Positions 28,290-32,000 of a stretch of 32,000 nucleotides of DNA are shown piece after piece. The translations under genes were made by a program, and so were the position numbers. The first letter of the stretch is position 1; each line of letters starts with the position of its first letter. This stretch comes from Nitrosospira multiformis ATCC 25196 (GTDB lineage: Bacteria > Pseudomonadota > Gammaproteobacteria > Burkholderiales > Nitrosomonadaceae): assembly GCF_000196355.1 (NCBI RefSeq), contig NC_007614.1:2220001-2252000 (forward strand). The letters are read 5' to 3'. The notes beneath the pieces were generated by a model. It ran no database searches, was not told where the DNA came from, and saw only the letters and a list, made by a program, of their open reading frames with translations.

Positions 28290-31217
28290 ATGCTGCAGGA
28301 TAAGTATTTTCATAATCAGGCTATGCAGAGAAATGGAGCGATAGCACCTGAAAAGCCCCAAAAATTTCTGGGACTGAAATGGAAAGTTTTGTTGCTGAGC
28401 AGCCTTATACTGATTGCCATCGTAGTCTCATTCACTGGGATTACCTATCTGAGCCTGATGGATGACTTCGAGAGCCAGAGAAATGCCCAGCACCAGCGCT
28501 ATGCCAAGGAAGTTGAAGGACTGATCGACCAGGTTTCGATAAATTTGCATCAACTCGCCGGATTGATTCCTTTCCTGGAAGGAATGGATAAAAGTCTGCT
28601 CTCAGGTAACAAGGAATACGTCACCCAAGCATTTGATCCATATTGGTCGCCTTTGCAACTCAATAAAGGTATCGAATTGCTGCGTTTTTACGATAGCTCA
28701 AACCAGCAATTGGCAGGATGGGGAACTTCCCAGCCTAATACTTACGACGCATTGATGTCAGCCTGGGTGCACGAGGTGAATGCCCAGGAAAAGCCGATGA
28801 GCCATCTCAGCTGCCCCACCAGCTGCATGCAGTTTGCCGTGGCACCCTTGCTCGTGGAAGGTAACAACGTCGGCGTGATCGTCATCGGAACGCCCCTGGT
28901 CGATGTGATTCTGGGTTTCAAGGATATCTCGGGTGCCGATATCGCATTGCTGGTGAGGGAAAAAGGCGATTTGCCCGAAAGCAACAAGGTGAAAATTGCA
29001 AACTGGGATGTCACGCTTGCGGCACACAGCAGGGAAATGAACATTACTGTTCTGGATGAAGTTGCAGCGAATTATCCGGACCTGGAGAGTCTGGAGGAGG
29101 GCATCCTGGTTTCGTGGCACGATAGACACCTCCAGATAAAGCCGCTGTTTCTGGAGAGAATGGCCGTGTCGGAAGATGGTGCTCGCTTCATGGTTGTAAC
29201 TGACATCACCTCCACGATCCGCACCATTCACAGCTCGACCCAGCAAAACATGATAATCGGCGTGGTCGGGCTCATATTCTCTGAAATACTGCTGTTCATC
29301 ATTCTCACCAAGCCACTGTCGAGGCTCAAGCACATCGTTTTTACTCTCCCTCTTCTGGCCCGCAGCAGTTTCAAGAATTTTCGCCTGGAGCTTCGCTCTG
29401 CCGGCCAGAAACGATGGATGAAAGATGAAATTGACCTGCTGGATGAAACAGCGGTGGCCCTGTCACATCAACTGGAGAAGCTCGAGGATCAGGTGGCGGA
29501 CAGGACCCGTATACTGGCCAGCAAGATGGACGAGCTAAGCAAGGAGAGGGATTTCATTAACAATCTGCTGGACATTGCGCAAGTAATCGTAATCACGCAA
29601 AAGGCGGATGGCGAGATTCTCACACTCAATGCCTATGGTGAAACGCTTATTCAGTATACGGAAAAAGAACTGCAGGGAACGCCCTTTCTCCATCTTCTGG
29701 CACTCGATGGAAATCTGCACGACCTTCCCGTTCACCTGGAAGAGGTGCGGTGCCAACGAAGAGACCAGCTTCGGCACGAAGCGAATGTCGTATGCAAGGA
29801 TGCTTCCATTCGTAATATTCTGTGGCTGCATTCACGCCTCACCCGGCACAGCGAGGATGACCCCGCAATGTTATCGGTGGGTCTCGACATGACGGAACAC
29901 AAGCGTGCTGAAGGGCGTCTTGCCTGGCTGGCGGATCATGATCCGCTCACGGATCTTTTCAATCGCCGCCGCTTCCAGGAAGAACTGGAACAGATGCTGA
30001 ATCTTGCCGCGCGTTACGGGTACTCGGGAGCCTTGCTCTTTTTTGACCTTGATCAGTTCAAATACATCAACGATACCAGCGGGCATCAGGCGGGGGATGC
30101 CTTGCTTAAAATGGTCGCGCGTCTGCTGCTTGGCAATATTCGCAGCGTCGACATACTTGGCCGCCTGGGAGGCGATGAATTCGCAGTGATTTTGCCCCAA
30201 ACGACAGCCGAAGGGGCGATAGAAGTGGCAAAAAATACGCTTGCGAGCCTGAATCAGGGAAAGATTACGATAAATGGTCGCACTCATAAAGCGTCAGCCA
30301 GCGTCGGTATCGCACTTTTTCCGGAGCACGGCAGCAATGTCCATGATCTCCTGGCCGCAGCCGATCTCGCCATGTATCAGGCAAAGGAAGCCGGACGAGG
30401 AGGATGGCATTTGTTTTCTGACGAAGAGAAAACACGTGAACGCATGCATACTCTTGTCTATTGGAAGGAGAAGATTGAGTATGCTCTTTCACACGAACGT
30501 TTCCTGTTCTATTTCCAGCCCATCATGCATGTTCGACGCAGGACCATCGATCATTACGAGGTGCTGCTTCGCATGATCGACAATGATGGAACTGTTCTTG
30601 CACCCCAGTTTTTCATCCCCGCCGCGGAACAGACAGGTCTTATTCATGCCATCGACCATATGGTTTTACGTAAATCCATTGCGCAATCAGCTGAAATACA
30701 ACGCGCCGGTCAGTGCATCCGTTTTTCCATAAACTTGTCGGCGCATGCATTTCACGATCCGGAACTGCTGCCGATACTGAAAGATGCATTTGCCGAGTAT
30801 GGCGCGGATCCATCGAATTTCATGTTTGAAATAACCGAGACAGCAGCGCTTGAGGATTTGCCCGCGGCGCGGGAACTCATGGAGATGATTAAAAAGCTGG
30901 GCTGCAGTTTCACGCTGGATGATTTCGGTGTCGGTTTCTCCTCCTTCTATTACATCCGGCAACTGCCGATCGATGTTGTAAAGATCGATGGCTCCTTCAT
31001 ACGAAATCTGGCAGACAGCCCCGATGACCAAATACTGGTGCAGGCTTTGTGCGATGTGGCAAGGGGATTCGGAAAGAAGACAACGGCGGAGTTCGTGGAA
31101 AATGCAGCGACCTTTTCAATCCTTGAGAAAATGCAGATCGACTATGCCCAGGGATTTTTGATTGGAACGCCTTCTCCCGCTTATGACACATCGTTCAGCG
31201 ATTTCGCGAAGATGTGA
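28290..31217 (+). CDS. Membrane-bound sensor with periplasmic (cache-like) domain, PAS, GGDEF and EAL domains
   Basis: Two TM segments flanking a large extracytoplasmic region; RSVDILGRLGGDEFAV; YEVLLRM, INLSAH, FEITETA, LDDFGVG, VKIDGSFIR, AEFVE, AQGFL. Start may be 28248 or 28290. Confidence 0.94.
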   Translation: MLQDKYFHNQAMQRNGAIAPEKPQKFLGLKWKVLLLSSLILIAIVVSFTGITYLSLMDDFESQRNAQHQRYAKEVEGLIDQVSINLHQLAGLIPFLEGMDKSLLSGNKEYVTQAFDPYWSPLQLNKGIELLRFYDSSNQQLAGWGTSQPNTYDALMSAWVHEVNAQEKPMSHLSCPTSCMQFAVAPLLVEGNNVGVIVIGTPLVDVILGFKDISGADIALLVREKGDLPESNKVKIANWDVTLAAHSREMNITVLDEVAANYPDLESLEEGILVSWHDRHLQIKPLFLERMAVSEDGARFMVVTDITSTIRTIHSSTQQNMIIGVVGLIFSEILLFIILTKPLSRLKHIVFTLPLLARSSFKNFRLELRSAGQKRWMKDEIDLLDETAVALSHQLEKLEDQVADRTRILASKMDELSKERDFINNLLDIAQVIVITQKADGEILTLNAYGETLIQYTEKELQGTPFLHLLALDGNLHDLPVHLEEVRCQRRDQLRHEANVVCKDASIRNILWLHSRLTRHSEDDPAMLSVGLDMTEHKRAEGRLAWLADHDPLTDLFNRRRFQEELEQMLNLAARYGYSGALLFFDLDQFKYINDTSGHQAGDALLKMVARLLLGNIRSVDILGRLGGDEFAVILPQTTAEGAIEVAKNTLASLNQGKITINGRTHKASASVGIALFPEHGSNVHDLLAAADLAMYQAKEAGRGGWHLFSDEEKTRERMHTLVYWKEKIEYALSHERFLFYFQPIMHVRRRTIDHYEVLLRMIDNDGTVLAPQFFIPAAEQTGLIHAIDHMVLRKSIAQSAEIQRAGQCIRFSINLSAHAFHDPELLPILKDAFAEYGADPSNFMFEITETAALEDLPAARELMEMIKKLGCSFTLDDFGVGFSSFYYIRQLPIDVVKIDGSFIRNLADSPDDQILVQALCDVARGFGKKTTAEFVENAATFSILEKMQIDYAQGFLIGTPSPAYDTSFSDFAKM

Positions 31218-31311
31218 CGGAAGCCGTGCTCTGGCATGCCGGGAATGCATGAAGAAAACAAGCTTTTGGTCTCGCACCCGCCCTCGCCATCTTTTGCAGC
31301 ACACTCATCTT

Positions 31312-32000
31312 TCACGCTTCATCCGGCTCGGGATCATCCGCAAACTCCACTTTTGGCTCGCTATCTGACGGGCCCTCTTCCTGACCTTCCCTAGGGCCAG
31401 TGTGGCCGGGAATTTTTGGAGTTGTGCACGCAACATCCGCGTTTTGTGCCCTATTGCGCAGCGCATGGTCCATCAATACCAGCGCCAGCATTGCTTCCGC
31501 AATGGGCGTAGCCCGGATACCGACACAGGGGTCATGTCTTCCATGAGTTTCCACTATTGCCGGATTGCCCATCTTGTCTACTGAGCGGCGCGGCAGACGT
31601 ATGCTTGAAGTGGGCTTGACGGCGATATTCACCACGATATCCTGACCGGTGGAAATCCCGCCCAATATGCCTCCCGCATTATTGCTGAGAAAACCCCCGG
31701 GACTGATTTCATCGGAGTGCTCCGTTCCCTTCTGACTTACAGAAGCAAATCCAGCTCCGATTTCGACGCCTTTAACGGCGTTGATGCTCATCATGCCATA
31801 GGCGATTTCGGCATCGAGGCGATCATATACAGGTTCGCCCCACCCCACGGGCACACCTTCGGCAACCACACGAATCCTGGCGCCCACCGAGTCGCCCGAT
31901 TTCCGCAGTTTGTCCATGAATTCTTCCAGGCTGGGCACGATGTCCGGGTCAGCCGAAAAAAAGGGATTCTCACCCACTGCTTCCCATTGTTTGAATGGAA
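31312..32000 (-). CDS. aroC: Chorismate synthase (3' part; 5' end beyond window)
   Basis: [78 protein letters not shown]. The frame stays open to the window edge. Confidence 0.95.
   Translation of the reverse strand, partial: PFKQWEAVGENPFFSADPDIVPSLEEFMDKLRKSGDSVGARIRVVAEGVPVGWGEPVYDRLDAEIAYGMMSINAVKGVEIGAGFASVSQKGTEHSDEISPGGFLSNNAGGILGGISTGQDIVVNIAVKPTSSIRLPRRSVDKMGNPAIVETHGRHDPCVGIRATPIAEAMLALVLMDHALRNRAQNADVACTTPKIPGHTGPREGQEEGPSDSEPKVEFADDPEPDEA

Noticed and set aside
1-32000. Searched by eye for CRISPR arrays, phage/transposon genes, toxin-antitoxin pairs and restriction or defence operons.
   Set aside because: No regularly spaced repeats, transposase/integrase motifs or recognised defence genes. 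The lone HTH gene at 14756 has no evident toxin partner.

Overview
The window looks like chromosomal DNA from a betaproteobacterium. The gene content and protein sequences suggest a Nitrosomonadaceae/Nitrosospira-like organism, but this is inferred without a database search. Well-supported blocks: metG; a four-gene minus-strand block (GH2 hydrolase, galT, galK, zinc alcohol dehydrogenase); tRNA-Ser(GCT); lysC; a divergent radical-SAM/queD pair; bcp-phoH; rpsF-priB-rpsR-rplI-dnaB; rlmB-rnr; tRNA-Leu(CAG); an exosortase-associated acyltransferase; a tight three-gene module (small PstS-like periplasmic protein, outer-membrane barrel, cache/PAS/GGDEF/EAL protein); and the 3' part of aroC running off the right edge. 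No CRISPR array, intact transposon or recognised defence system was seen. The most interesting items are: (a) the binding protein-barrel-c-di-GMP module; (b) a TetR operon with a canonical promoter, an operator-like palindrome at the predicted start site, an unlisted 55-aa small ORF, and a methyltransferase broken by one apparent extra base; (c) a gene-poor left region with an FNR-like box, a possible promoter and a strong terminator that may delimit a small RNA, plus a degenerate tRNA 3' end; (d) several perfect palindromes, including a 26-bp one.
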